Virus record (IMG/VR): IMGVR_UViG_2515154105_000002
Coordinates: 7,105-71,104 of that record
DNA length: 64,000 nucleotides
Source of the DNA: a virus
Lineage: Duplodnaviria; Caudoviricetes
Reading direction: 5' to 3' (one strand)
In this document: positions 18,317 through 28,034 of the stretch, in pieces
Layout: the number at the start of each line of letters is the position of its first letter
How positions within the stretch are numbered: position 1 is the first letter of the stretch
Position numbers and translations under genes: made by a program
The notes under the pieces: model-generated
Database searches by the model: none
What the model was told of the DNA's origin: nothing
Seen by the model: the letters and a program-made list of their open reading frames with translations, nothing else

Positions 18317-19519
18317 CTAATAGTGGAAGCTGTTGGAGCGCTTGAGGGAGAGAGTGCAGGAGCCGTCTGCGCTGATCTCGTCGCCGACGATCCGGTGCCA
18401 GATGGAGACGTCGCCGAGCCAGGGGACTTCGACCTGGACGAGGATGTCGTCGCCCAGGGACCACGAGCCGAAGCGTGCGTTGGGGTGGTCGATGATCTGG
18501 ATCGCAGGGATCTGCAGCTCGGCGGAGCGGTCGGCGAGTTCCTTCTCGCCGCGCGAGCGGAGCGCGGACGCCGACGACAGGGTCTTGTCGGTGACGGTGA
18601 CGACGCGGCGCAGCCGGTCCCCGCGCGGCCGGTAGACCTGCGCCCTCTTCATCTTCGTGCCCTCGCCCTTGCCGAGGACCTGGACCTCATTGGCGTAGTC
18701 GTCCCCGAGGCCCTCCGGCTTGGCGATGGCGTTGATGTTCTCGCCGTCCATGAACCGCAGGTCGGTCCGCTTACGGCCCAGCCGTGGCGTGCCGAGCCGG
18801 ATTCGGTGCTTGATCGTGTTCCCCGTGTCGCCCGCCCACTCGTGGGTCTCGACCCAGTCGAACGGCGTCTGCGTGGTCAAGGTGTCCAACGTCTCGCCGC
18901 AGTCGGGGTTGTTGAACCAGGCCAGCTCCCACGGGTCCTCACCGTCGGACGTGCCGAGGAGCTGTCCAAGGTCGTGGCTGTCGACGTCGATGCCGATGTC
19001 ACCGCCGGGCTTGGACTGGACGTGACTCCACACGTGACGGAACGCGTCGTAGACGTCGATGCGGGGCCCGCCATAGCTCTTGGGCGGCTTGGGCACCTTC
19101 TTCTTCGGCTTCACGCCATCGAAATAGCCGTCATGATTCTTGTCCTTGCCGGCGTTCGGATCTTTCGGGGTGATCTTCTTTCCGGAGATCAGGTAGCTCT
19201 CGTACGGAATGCCGTGCGGGTAGGAGGAGAAGCCTTCGCAGCCCACGGTGAACTGCGGACCGTCGAACGCGCACTTCGTGACCAGGCCGCCCCACCGGAG
19301 ATCGCCGTCGATCTCCAAGTACAACTTGGTGCCCCATTCCTCCAGGACCGGGGAACCGTCAGAGCCGATCATGCGCGCGTACTCGGGGGTGATGGTGCCC
19401 GCCATGGCGCCTGGCCCGGACAGATCACGCTTCGGGTTGGTCGACAGCGCGAACGGGACCTCCCAGTCGATGATCTGGTCCGTGGTCGCCCGCTGTGCGA
19501 TGAACCGCCACCCCTGCAT
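18317..19519 (-). CDS. minor tail / baseplate hub protein
   Basis: Position after Dit; LSGPG, WGG, YANEV.V.G.GEG motifs of actinophage minor tail proteins. Confidence 0.75.
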   Translation of the reverse strand: MQGWRFIAQRATTDQIIDWEVPFALSTNPKRDLSGPGAMAGTITPEYARMIGSDGSPVLEEWGTKLYLEIDGDLRWGGLVTKCAFDGPQFTVGCEGFSSYPHGIPYESYLISGKKITPKDPNAGKDKNHDGYFDGVKPKKKVPKPPKSYGGPRIDVYDAFRHVWSHVQSKPGGDIGIDVDSHDLGQLLGTSDGEDPWELAWFNNPDCGETLDTLTTQTPFDWVETHEWAGDTGNTIKHRIRLGTPRLGRKRTDLRFMDGENINAIAKPEGLGDDYANEVQVLGKGEGTKMKRAQVYRPRGDRLRRVVTVTDKTLSSASALRSRGEKELADRSAELQIPAIQIIDHPNARFGSWSLGDDILVQVEVPWLGDVSIWHRIVGDEISADGSCTLSLKRSNSFHY

Positions 19520-20505
19520 CAGATGGCGTCCTCGGACGGGTCCTCAACGAACTCGATGTCGAGGAACACCGAAGCGCCGCCGTCGGCCTCGAGTTGCCCG
19601 GCCGCCGACGTGTCGCCGGTTCCCATGAGGACGGCGTCGTAGACGTTGCCGCGCATGCTGGAAGGGATGGACACGGTCCCGCCCGCCACGAATGTGAACC
19701 TCTGCGCGCTCCCGACCCAGTCGCAGTTGAAGCGCGTCTCTGCGGTGCTCAACGACCCGAGGTCGACTCGCAATCTGCCGTACGCGTCCTTGGCGTTGCG
19801 CTGGTCCAGGCCCGCGAAGGTCGCCATGATCGTGGCGGACGTCGCCCACTCCGGGACCTCAATGTCCCAGCGGGCGCCCTGCGGGAACTCCTCCCATGAC
19901 GGGTACTTGATGTTGCCGACGGCGTCCGGCTCGTCCCACACACCACGCAGCGCGCGGACGACGCGGCGGCGCCGGGGGTTCGCCATCTCCCGCAGGTCCT
20001 TGATCATCGACTGCGTGATGTTCGTGGTGTTCGCCGGGATGTCGATGCGGGCGAGGGTGATCGCGCTGTCGCTGGGTCGGACCTGCTTGACGCGCTTGGT
20101 CGTCGAGGGCACCGAGGAGATGACCCGGGTGTAGACGTACGGGCCGACCGTGACGTCGGAGGGCTCGTTCCAGGACTCTCCGGCCGACCACGGGTTCTCG
20201 ATGCGGGCGACGATCAGGTCACTGCGGGCGCTGTTCGTGGTCGGGGCGATGCTGATGCTGTCCGCGGACGGGAGGCGGGCCGCGTACGCCTGGTACTTGC
20301 CGCCGGTCCCCTTGTTGAGGATGGCGCAGGCCCCGGTCATGACCTGGATCTTCGAACCGGGGGTGGAGAGGGCCTTCACCTGCAGGTCGGAGTTGCCGAT
20401 GATTCCCTCGGAGCCTCCGAACGCGGCGTAGGCGAGGAGGCGGGCCACCTCGCTGGAGTGCTCCGCGCCGCCCTCGGTGAACCACGGCACGCTGTCCCAG
20501 GCCAT
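19519..20505 (-). CDS. minor tail protein
   Basis: RSDLIVARIENP, LARIDIPANTTNITQSMIKDLR. Confidence 0.75.
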   Translation of the reverse strand: MAWDSVPWFTEGGAEHSSEVARLLAYAAFGGSEGIIGNSDLQVKALSTPGSKIQVMTGACAILNKGTGGKYQAYAARLPSADSISIAPTTNSARSDLIVARIENPWSAGESWNEPSDVTVGPYVYTRVISSVPSTTKRVKQVRPSDSAITLARIDIPANTTNITQSMIKDLREMANPRRRRVVRALRGVWDEPDAVGNIKYPSWEEFPQGARWDIEVPEWATSATIMATFAGLDQRNAKDAYGRLRVDLGSLSTAETRFNCDWVGSAQRFTFVAGGTVSIPSSMRGNVYDAVLMGTGDTSAAGQLEADGGASVFLDIEFVEDPSEDAI

Positions 20506-20537
20506 GAAGTCTTCCTCCGCTCGTCGTTGGACTGCGG

Positions 20538-20567
20538 AGGTTCACCGGGGCCGGGCGTTAGTGTCGC
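20538..20567 (-). promoter_or_regulatory. putative late promoter
   Basis: GCGAC-ACTAA-N14-GAACCT. Confidence 0.6.
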
Positions 20568-20581
20568 GCGCTCCCGGCGTT

Positions 20582-20619
20582 CAAGATCGCCCTTGCACAA
20601 TTGGGCAAGAACGATCTTG
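20582..20619. promoter_or_regulatory. 38-bp palindromic operator-like site (copy 1)
   Basis: CAAGATCGCCCTTGCACAATTGGGCAAGAACGATCTTG. Confidence 0.7.
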
Positions 20620-20621
20620 GT

Positions 20622-21566
20622 TTACAGGTACGAGTACGCGTCCCGCCACGCCACCGTCATGTACGCATTGCCCGTCGGGTCCGTGCCGCGCAGGATGAAG
20701 TCGTGGCGGCCGATCGGGAGCCGCAGATCGCGCAGCCGCGGCGACGCCCGGGTCAACTGCCCGGCCACCGACGCGCCGCTGTTGCGGACCACCGTGCGCG
20801 CCCACGGCCGGGGGTCGATCGTCACGTACTGCCCGGCAGCGAGCGACAGCCCGGACAGCTCCACCTTCCAACTCCCCGCCACCTCGCACGCCGGAGACGA
20901 GATCGGTCCGTAGATCCGGATGACCGGCCACGTGGGGCGCTGCCCGCCGATGACGACGGCGCCCGGCTTGAGGGAGGACCCCTCACCTGTCATCGACAGC
21001 GGTTCCTTGAGCGGCCCGACCAGGCCCCGGTGCGGCGGCGGAACCAGGTCCACACGGATCGACTTCTCGGTGTCGTCGTACGCCGTCCGGTCCACGCACA
21101 CGAACGTCGCGACGACCGGCGTGTACCCGTGCCAGGTGAGCTTGGAGCCCGCGGGTGCGGCCTTGCGGGGCCTGCCGTAGAAGCGGCGCGCGCGGCCGCC
21201 CTGCGTGGTGCGCAGCACGGCCGGCGTCGCCACCCGCTTGCGTACGGCCTCGCCGTCCCACGCTTGCATCATCACGGACACGGCGTCCAGGTTCGCGCCG
21301 TGCCGCCCACGCTGTGTGGATGCGGCATCGACAGTGTCGACACCGACCTCGAACGTCAGGGTGGCCTGCCCGCGGTAGTCCTCACCGAAGCGCGTGTTGT
21401 CCTCGCGCGGCATCGCGGCGTCGCCAACATCCGGGTCGGCGTACGTGATCTCGTACGGCTCGATCAGCCAGTAGCCGGTGTCGAACGTGCCGAACGTGAA
21501 ACTGGCTGCGGGCAGTACTCCGTTCGCCGAGTAGGACAGGTTCCACTCGCCCTCTGCTAGCGCCAT
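20622..21566 (-). CDS. distal tail protein (Dit-like)
   Basis: Follows tape measure; TWPVIRIYGPISSP, ends WRDAY. Confidence 0.75.
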   Translation of the reverse strand: MALAEGEWNLSYSANGVLPAASFTFGTFDTGYWLIEPYEITYADPDVGDAAMPREDNTRFGEDYRGQATLTFEVGVDTVDAASTQRGRHGANLDAVSVMMQAWDGEAVRKRVATPAVLRTTQGGRARRFYGRPRKAAPAGSKLTWHGYTPVVATFVCVDRTAYDDTEKSIRVDLVPPPHRGLVGPLKEPLSMTGEGSSLKPGAVVIGGQRPTWPVIRIYGPISSPACEVAGSWKVELSGLSLAAGQYVTIDPRPWARTVVRNSGASVAGQLTRASPRLRDLRLPIGRHDFILRGTDPTGNAYMTVAWRDAYSYL

Positions 21567-21581
21567 GCGGCCGCTCCTCTC

Positions 21582-24500
21582 CTACACATACACGCCGCCC
21601 CGGCGCATGCGACGCAGCTCGAACAGAGCGTCGTTGAGGGCCTCGCCCGGGGTCGTGGGCTGGCTGGTCATCGTCAGGTTCAGGTCGCCGCCGACGAGCG
21701 CGGCCGTCGCCTGCTGCGTGGTGGCGGTACGGCTGCTGGAGGCCGGACTCGTCGAGCGCACACCGCCGTTGGCGTACTGCTGCAGCGCGCGCCCGGGGTA
21801 GACGACCATGCCGCCGAAGTAGCGGGCGACCCAGTCGAGGATCTCCTCGGACCGCTGCCGCTTCGCCTTGGCCAAAGGGAGGTAAGCCTCGCCCTGAGTC
21901 TCCGGCTCATTCCATATGCGCAGGTCACCGGGCCTGCCGATCTGCGCGATGTGGTTCTCGGCGCCATTCGCGAACGCCTGGACGCGGCTCGCGGCGCGCC
22001 GAATACCGCCGTTGGCGTACTGAATGATCCCGCCGTCCGCCTTGGACAGCGCGGCGCCCTTGCCCTTGGCGGACCAGTTCACGACGACGTTGACCGTCTT
22101 GCCCTTGAGCCGGTCAATGGCGCCCTGGATCGCGGCCACGTTCGCCTTCGGTGAGCCGGTCGGCACGGTGATCTTTACGCGCTTGCCGCCCTTGTCGACG
22201 TCCTTGATCTTGAACCCAAGGTCCTTGAGCGCGGCCTGCGCGGTCTTCGTCGGCGCCTTGATCTCTACCGACTTGCCCTTGAGGTTCTTGACCGACGACT
22301 GGACACCCTTGAGATCACCGGTCGCCTTCTTCACGACCGCGTCGACCGTCAGCTTCTTGCCGCCGGGCACGCTGTTCATGTCGCTCTTGACGGCTGCGAG
22401 GTTGTCCCGGGCCGTCTTCGTCTTCGCAGTGAGAACGAGGTCCTTCGTGCCGGGCACGCGCTGCACCGTGATGCCGAGGGCCTCCAGCTGTGCGCGCGCC
22501 GCGTCCGAGGGCGCGGTGACCCGGATCGTCTTGTCCTTCATGGAGGACAAGCGGCCGATGATGCTGGCGACTTCGACGTCCACGGCGTCGCCGCCCTTGA
22601 GGGAAACGGTCGACTCGATGACGTCGGGGACCAGACCGAGCTGGTCGGCGAGCTGCTTCGCTTCGGCCTTCGGGATGCCGTAAGCGGCGGCCAGGTCGAG
22701 GACGCTCTGCCGGCTGCGGCTCGCGGCCTGGGAACTGGTGTACATGGCCTGCGACATGGTCATGAAGCCGTCGCTCTCCGCCTGCTTCGCGGACGCCACC
22801 ACGCCGAGCATGCCGTCTCGGATCGACTGGAGCTGCGAGTTGAAGGCGAGACCGTTCTTCGTGGAGGTGTCCACCTGCCCGGACGCGTCGATGAGGGCCT
22901 TGCCCCAGCCCTCCGTCTTCGCGATCTCCTGCCCCATCGCATCCTTGGCGCCGAGGATCGCCTGGTTCATTTGCGCGGTCGCGTCGTGCACGGACTCGGT
23001 GTTGCCGGAGAGCGCATCGAGCGCCGACTTCAGGGCGGTCACACGCTGGTCGGCGGTACCGGTCTCGGCGTTGAAGAGAGTCATCGACGACTTAAGTCGG
23101 TCGAAGCTGGTGGCCCCCGCATTCCCGGCGCCTTCCAGCGCTTCGCGCTGCTCGTCGGCGTTCTTCTTGGACTCCTTGATGTTGCCGTTCAGGCCACCCA
23201 GGGCGTCAGCCGCGGCCTTGTACTTCTTGCCCTGGTCGGTGTAGTCGAGGACGTACATGTCGCGGCCGTGCTCGACGTACTCCTTGTTCGCCTCGGCCAG
23301 CTTCATGAGGTCCTTCTGCAGGCCGCCGACGCTCCCGCCCTGCTCCAGGTAGGCGTCGGTCAGGGTGCCGACCCCGACACCCGCCTCCTTCATGACGTCG
23401 ATGAGGTTGCCCTGACCGTCGGCGAGTTCGGTGTTCTTGAGGACCTGGTACGCCTGAGCGCGCACGTTCGCGTCGATGGCGCCCCCGGAGTCGGTCAGGG
23501 CGTCCGTCAGCGACTTCACGCGTTCCTTGTGGGCCTGCGCGGCGCGGGCGGCGGCCTCCTGCTTGGAGGCGAGTAGACCGAGCCCGATGGTGACTCCGGC
23601 TATCGCGATACCGAGCGGGCCGCCGAGCGCAGAGGTGATGCCGCCGATGGCGCGCGAGGCGACGGCGTTCGCGGCGCCGATCCCGCGCAGCGTGCCGGTC
23701 AGGCGGTTGCCCTGCTGCGAGACCCGGCTGTAGACGCCGGACATGCGTCCCCAGAGGCTGAGGTGGCCTCCGGCGGCGGTCGTGGTCCCGGCCATCGTCG
23801 TGCCGAGCCCGCGGACAGAGGTCCCCGCGGCGGCGACGGACGTGCCGAAAGACCGCAGGGCGTTCCCGACTGCGGTGACGACCTTTAGGGCGAGCATCGT
23901 GCCCAGGAGCACGGCCAGTGCGGTGTTCGCGCCGGGGACCACGCTCATCAGCGAGTTGAAGATGTTCAGCAGCCCGCTGAAGGCCACGAGGAGGACCCCG
24001 AGCCCGGACCCTGCTTCGGACACGTGCCCGATGGCCGTGGCGATGTTGGAGATTACGGATATGACCGCGGGGCCGACGTCTTTTCCCAGCGCGTTGAAGA
24101 ACGTGCCGAGCGCCGGCACCAGCTCGACTCGGATCTGGCGGACCAGGTCGGTGATGCCGCCGTCCTTCATCGACCGGCCCATCCCGCGCATGAGGTCACC
24201 GAAGAGGAGGTTGACCTCGTGGAACGCGGGTTCTGCGTCGCTGAAGAAGTCCTTCATGGCCCTCTGGCCAACACCGGACTTCGCCCACCGCTCGAACCGA
24301 AGCGCGCTGCCCTCCAGGCCGTCGAGCAGCGCATTGCCGGTCTCCATGGCGGCCTTGCCGACCCCACCGAGCCCATGGATCAGGGAGCCGGTGGTGCGGC
24401 CGAGCTGAGCGGCCTTGTCTCCGGCGTGGTCCAGGAACGTGGCGAGGCTGCCGGTTTCCCGGCCCGCCTGAGCGGACGACCGGACGTACTGGGTGAACCG

Positions 24501-25607
24501 CTCGCCCGCCCGGCCGACCCGCTCGGTGAACGGGCCCGCGGCGACGAGGAAGTGCCCGGCCGCCACCGCCAGGTTCGACACCCCGTCGCTCATGTTGCCC
24601 ATGAGCCGGGCGTTGGTCGTGGCGACCTTCTGGAAGCCCGCCTTGAACGGGCCGGACTGCATCGCCTTCGCGCCGCGCTGCGCGAGCAGTCCCATGGCGT
24701 CCGACGTGCTGGACAGGGCGCCCTTGAACAGGGGCAGGACCGCGTTGCTGAGCGGCTTGATCTCGCCCGCGATCCGTGAGAAGAAACGTTCCTGCACGGA
24801 TTTGCGGACGTCCTTCCAGGCGCCGGACAGCTCCGTGACGGTGCGGACCGACTTCTGGGCGGACTTGGAGAGGTTGCCGACGGCCTGGTCGAGCTTCTGC
24901 TGTTCGGCCTTGGTCAGCTTGCTGCCGTCGGCGAGCTGCTGCTGCGCCTTCAGCGACTGTTTGAGAGCTTCCCCGAACCCGGCGAACGCGACCTTGGTGC
25001 TGATCGCGGCTGTGCCCGCCGCAGTGATCAGTCCGGGTATCGCGCCGAGGACGCCGACGGCGGGGGCGGCCGCGGAGACCAGCGCGGTCAGGCCCGCGCC
25101 GTACTGCCCGATGAGGGCGACTGCGGGCTGCAGGAGGGAGACGATCGCGCCGATGCCGAGCATCCGCAGCGAGCCGCGGCCGCCGCCGGGCAGGTTCATC
25201 CGTACCGGCACGTTGACCGGTGTCCGGTCGGCCTCGCCCTGCGCCCCGCTGATCAGGTCCCGCAGGCCGCCCAGGAGGCCGCCTCGACGGCTGCTGTCGC
25301 CGTCCCCGTCGGTGCGGACGGGGACGCGTAGGCCGGCGTCGTCGAGGCGCCGCCGTATGCCGTCGAGTTCGGCCCGGAAGCGTTCCTCGTCGACCTTGAC
25401 CTTGACGGTGGAGGTGACGCCCTTGGAGGCCTCCTTGACGACGTCCTTGAGGCGCCGCCGGAGCCCCTTGCCGTCGATCTCGACCTTGATCTTCGCGGCG
25501 AGGCCCTCGGCGGCCGTCTCGACCTCCGTGCGGAGCTTCGCGGCGAAGCCCGCCAGATCGGCGATGACCGGGACGTCGAGGCGGCCGGCCTGCAGGCCCT
25601 CAGCCAC
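21582..25607 (-). CDS. tail tape measure protein
   Basis: 1341 aa, Ala/Gly-rich helical with central hydrophobic block; C-terminal ANGG...EPETQGEAYLPL. Confidence 0.9.
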   Translation of the reverse strand: MAEGLQAGRLDVPVIADLAGFAAKLRTEVETAAEGLAAKIKVEIDGKGLRRRLKDVVKEASKGVTSTVKVKVDEERFRAELDGIRRRLDDAGLRVPVRTDGDGDSSRRGGLLGGLRDLISGAQGEADRTPVNVPVRMNLPGGGRGSLRMLGIGAIVSLLQPAVALIGQYGAGLTALVSAAAPAVGVLGAIPGLITAAGTAAISTKVAFAGFGEALKQSLKAQQQLADGSKLTKAEQQKLDQAVGNLSKSAQKSVRTVTELSGAWKDVRKSVQERFFSRIAGEIKPLSNAVLPLFKGALSSTSDAMGLLAQRGAKAMQSGPFKAGFQKVATTNARLMGNMSDGVSNLAVAAGHFLVAAGPFTERVGRAGERFTQYVRSSAQAGRETGSLATFLDHAGDKAAQLGRTTGSLIHGLGGVGKAAMETGNALLDGLEGSALRFERWAKSGVGQRAMKDFFSDAEPAFHEVNLLFGDLMRGMGRSMKDGGITDLVRQIRVELVPALGTFFNALGKDVGPAVISVISNIATAIGHVSEAGSGLGVLLVAFSGLLNIFNSLMSVVPGANTALAVLLGTMLALKVVTAVGNALRSFGTSVAAAGTSVRGLGTTMAGTTTAAGGHLSLWGRMSGVYSRVSQQGNRLTGTLRGIGAANAVASRAIGGITSALGGPLGIAIAGVTIGLGLLASKQEAAARAAQAHKERVKSLTDALTDSGGAIDANVRAQAYQVLKNTELADGQGNLIDVMKEAGVGVGTLTDAYLEQGGSVGGLQKDLMKLAEANKEYVEHGRDMYVLDYTDQGKKYKAAADALGGLNGNIKESKKNADEQREALEGAGNAGATSFDRLKSSMTLFNAETGTADQRVTALKSALDALSGNTESVHDATAQMNQAILGAKDAMGQEIAKTEGWGKALIDASGQVDTSTKNGLAFNSQLQSIRDGMLGVVASAKQAESDGFMTMSQAMYTSSQAASRSRQSVLDLAAAYGIPKAEAKQLADQLGLVPDVIESTVSLKGGDAVDVEVASIIGRLSSMKDKTIRVTAPSDAARAQLEALGITVQRVPGTKDLVLTAKTKTARDNLAAVKSDMNSVPGGKKLTVDAVVKKATGDLKGVQSSVKNLKGKSVEIKAPTKTAQAALKDLGFKIKDVDKGGKRVKITVPTGSPKANVAAIQGAIDRLKGKTVNVVVNWSAKGKGAALSKADGGIIQYANGGIRRAASRVQAFANGAENHIAQIGRPGDLRIWNEPETQGEAYLPLAKAKRQRSEEILDWVARYFGGMVVYPGRALQQYANGGVRSTSPASSSRTATTQQATAALVGGDLNLTMTSQPTTPGEALNDALFELRRMRRGGVYV

Positions 25608-26438
25608 GGCGGATCATTCCTCTCTGCATGGCGGCCGCGAGCATCGCGTGATGGCCGGTCATGCGGGGTGCCGCTGGCTGCGGAGCCGGATTCGGCTGCC
25701 GCGCCGGGCGGTTGGAGCGAGTCCGTCCGGGCGTCTGGGAGCGCTTGGGGCGGACGATGACGATGGGCTCCTCGCGCCGCTTCTCCGCGGCGAGTAGCCC
25801 GATCTCCTCAATGGCCAGGGCCAGCAGCTCCAGTGACGTCGTCCACCCCTGCACGGGGGCGGAGCGGACGCGGGAGTCCTCCGGCAGACCGTCGAGAAGG
25901 ACGGTCAGGCGTCGGAGTCCGAGGAACCCGGGCTCGCCGGGGCGGAGCCAGACTCGTCGGGCGTCGATTCCGTGGAATCGGCTGAGGTCGGACTCGACGT
26001 CGCTCCATCGGTGTTGGAGGAGCCGGCCGACCGAAAGAGCTTTCCCAGCTCAACTCCGTAGACCCGCGCGAGGCCGGTCGTCAGGCGGACGTAGTCGCCA
26101 ATGGACGGGCGGGCCTTGAGGAACTCGTCGTACTGCTCGTCGCCCAGGAGGATGGCGTACACGTCGCGTACGGCGCCCAGGAACCGGCGCGGCAGCTTGG
26201 GGCGCCGGAACAGGGCGTTGACGATCTCCCGGTACCCGGCGTCGCCGTCACCGTCGGCCGACCCCACGATCTCCATGAGGAGGCCGGTCAGGTCGAGCTC
26301 GTCGGACAGGATCGGGTCCAGGGCCTCGGCAGGCAGCTCCGCCGGGAACAGGAACTGTTCTCCGCCGAAGAGGACGGGGATGCCGTTGGGGTACTGGACC
26401 TCACGGCGCTCGGCGTCCAGGTCGATGACGAACGACAT
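25600..26438 (-). CDS. tail assembly chaperone G/GT pair joined by programmed -1 frameshift
   Basis: G ORF 26438-25905; GGGAAAG at 26046-26040; -1 frame reads ALSVGRLLQHRWSDVESDLSRFHGID...LRRLTVLLDGLPEDS through to 25600. Confidence 0.85.
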
Positions 26439-26493
26439 GGTGGGTGGCCTCTCGTGTGTGCGTAGCTGAGTCGCGGAGTGCGGCAGCGCGCGG

Positions 26494-26523
26494 ACACTCG
26501 CAAGCCCGTAGGGGTTGCGTCGC
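26494..26523 (-). promoter_or_regulatory. putative late promoter (chaperone)
   Basis: GCGAC-GCAAC-N14-GAGTGT. Confidence 0.55.
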
Positions 26524-26542
26524 GCGCTGCCGCGACGAGAGG

Positions 26543-27127
26543 TCAGGCGGCCACCGGGGCGAACGCCGGGTCGTCCGTGATCACGTACCAGGCGTCGGTG
26601 TCGTCGCCGCCCTGGACGGCCAGGCGCAGCGGCAGGATGGCCTCCTTCGTCTTGGCGAGGTCCTTGGACACGCCTTCCATCTGCATCGTGCGCGGGATGG
26701 GGTAGCGGTAGTGCTTGCCGCCATCGATGACCTCGATGCACGCGGCGATCTCGGTGCGCGATCCGATGCGCGGCGGCGTGAACTTGTAGTGCTTCACGCC
26801 GGTCTGCCCGGCCACGGTGATCTCACCGCCGCCGTACACGGCCTGGAAGTTCCGGCCGGACCACTGCTGCAGGTCGACCTCGATCGTCGCGGCGTCCGAC
26901 GTCTGGAACGTACGGGTGGGGTAGGAGGACTGGGCGCTCTTGACTTGCTCGAAGTTGGGCTCGGAGTTGAACTTGAGGCTGTCCTCTGTGGTGAGCCCCA
27001 CGGCCCACCACCCTTCGGGCATCGGCGAGGTCGCGTCGGCCGGCGCGGTGGTGCCGACCTCGGCGAGCCAGACGCGGGTGATCGACGGGATGACGATCTC
27101 GTTGTTGTTGGCGGTCTCGTTCGCCAT
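26543..27127 (-). CDS. major tail (tube) protein
   Basis: VWLAEVGTTAP...WWAVGLTTEDSLKF; upstream of chaperones. Confidence 0.85.
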   Translation of the reverse strand: MANETANNNEIVIPSITRVWLAEVGTTAPADATSPMPEGWWAVGLTTEDSLKFNSEPNFEQVKSAQSSYPTRTFQTSDAATIEVDLQQWSGRNFQAVYGGGEITVAGQTGVKHYKFTPPRIGSRTEIAACIEVIDGGKHYRYPIPRTMQMEGVSKDLAKTKEAILPLRLAVQGGDDTDAWYVITDDPAFAPVAA

Positions 27128-27168
27128 GAAGGGCTTCTCCCTGGGGTCCGGTGATCGGGGGCACCAGA

Positions 27169-27198
27169 ACCTTGAGGAGAGCAGGAAGCTAACGTCGC
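27169..27198 (-). promoter_or_regulatory. putative late promoter (tail tube)
   Basis: GCGAC-GTTAG-N14-CAAGGT. Confidence 0.6.
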
Positions 27199-27266
27199 GT
27201 GCTCAGGGTCGATTTCCGCCTCGGAGTTGACCCTTCGCCTCCCGTACGGGCTGTTCGGCCTCTACC

Positions 27267-27707
27267 GTGATCAGGGTGTCCACAGCAGCCTCCCCGCCAC
27301 CAGGCGGCCCCCCGCGCCCTGCTCTGCGGCAGCGCCTACGGGCGCGGTGGGCTGATCGGCACGCCCTGCCTCGGTTCGGCTACTGGCTACTCAGTCGAGG
27401 CACCCTACTCCTAGGGATCTCCGGGGTGCTGTACCTACTCAACGGGTTTCTGATCGGGTGGGCCGGCGCCTATGAGTTACTCATAGGGATCACCTCGCCT
27501 GCGGCTGTCCACCCTCAGTGGTGTGCGTGGCCGCTGTCGCTGGCCGGTTGGGCCGCGATCCCCGCAGTTGTGGGAGCGGCGGCGGGGTACGTCATTACCG
27601 AACAGATCCAAGCGCATCGTTCACGGGAACTACGCGACGTTATTAACGAGCTACGCCGCCTTGCCGAACGGCCCGGCCCGCCCGCGACGTCGGGGGACGA
27701 CTGTTGA
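27267..27707 (+). CDS. membrane protein (DUF6313-like), moron
   Basis: AYELLIGITSP...WPLSLAGWAAIPAVVG; opposite strand, lower GC3. Confidence 0.55.
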   Translation: MIRVSTAASPPPGGPPRPALRQRLRARWADRHALPRFGYWLLSRGTLLLGISGVLYLLNGFLIGWAGAYELLIGITSPAAVHPQWCAWPLSLAGWAAIPAVVGAAAGYVITEQIQAHRSRELRDVINELRRLAERPGPPATSGDDC

Positions 27708-28009
27708 TCTCCCTGCATGAGGTGTACGAGCGGGGCAACGAGGCCGTCAAGGGTGCAGTTCGAGCGTTCGGCGATCGTCACGGCCCAGCCTCTGCCGCGA
27801 ATTCCGCCCCGGACTGGAATGGGGCAGAGAGGCATTTCACTCAGCTGATCGAGGTGATCATGGCGGCGGCCACACCTGCACAGACCGATATCAAGGGGAT
27901 CATTCGCCGGGCCGAAAACGAAGCCGTCCAGCTTCTACTTGCGCTGCACACGTTGCCGGACTACCGCTGTCCCATCTGCGTCAAGAGACAAGGGCGGGAG
28001 ATCCTGTGA
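27704..28009 (+). CDS. hypothetical protein with C-terminal CPIC
   Basis: TTGA overlap with upstream gene. Confidence 0.55.
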   Translation: MISLHEVYERGNEAVKGAVRAFGDRHGPASAANSAPDWNGAERHFTQLIEVIMAAATPAQTDIKGIIRRAENEAVQLLLALHTLPDYRCPICVKRQGREIL

Positions 28010-28034
28010 CTTCTCAGCCTACCCTGGAGGCGTG

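Larger units (their letters stand above)
16042..18317 (-). mobile_element. IS5-family element with passenger genes (transporter IS)
   Basis: ~29-bp terminal inverted repeats GGGCRCGTATCGGGTCGYGATCAATGAGC flanked by TA on both sides; encloses a transposase, TetR and DUF1772 genes. Confidence 0.85.
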
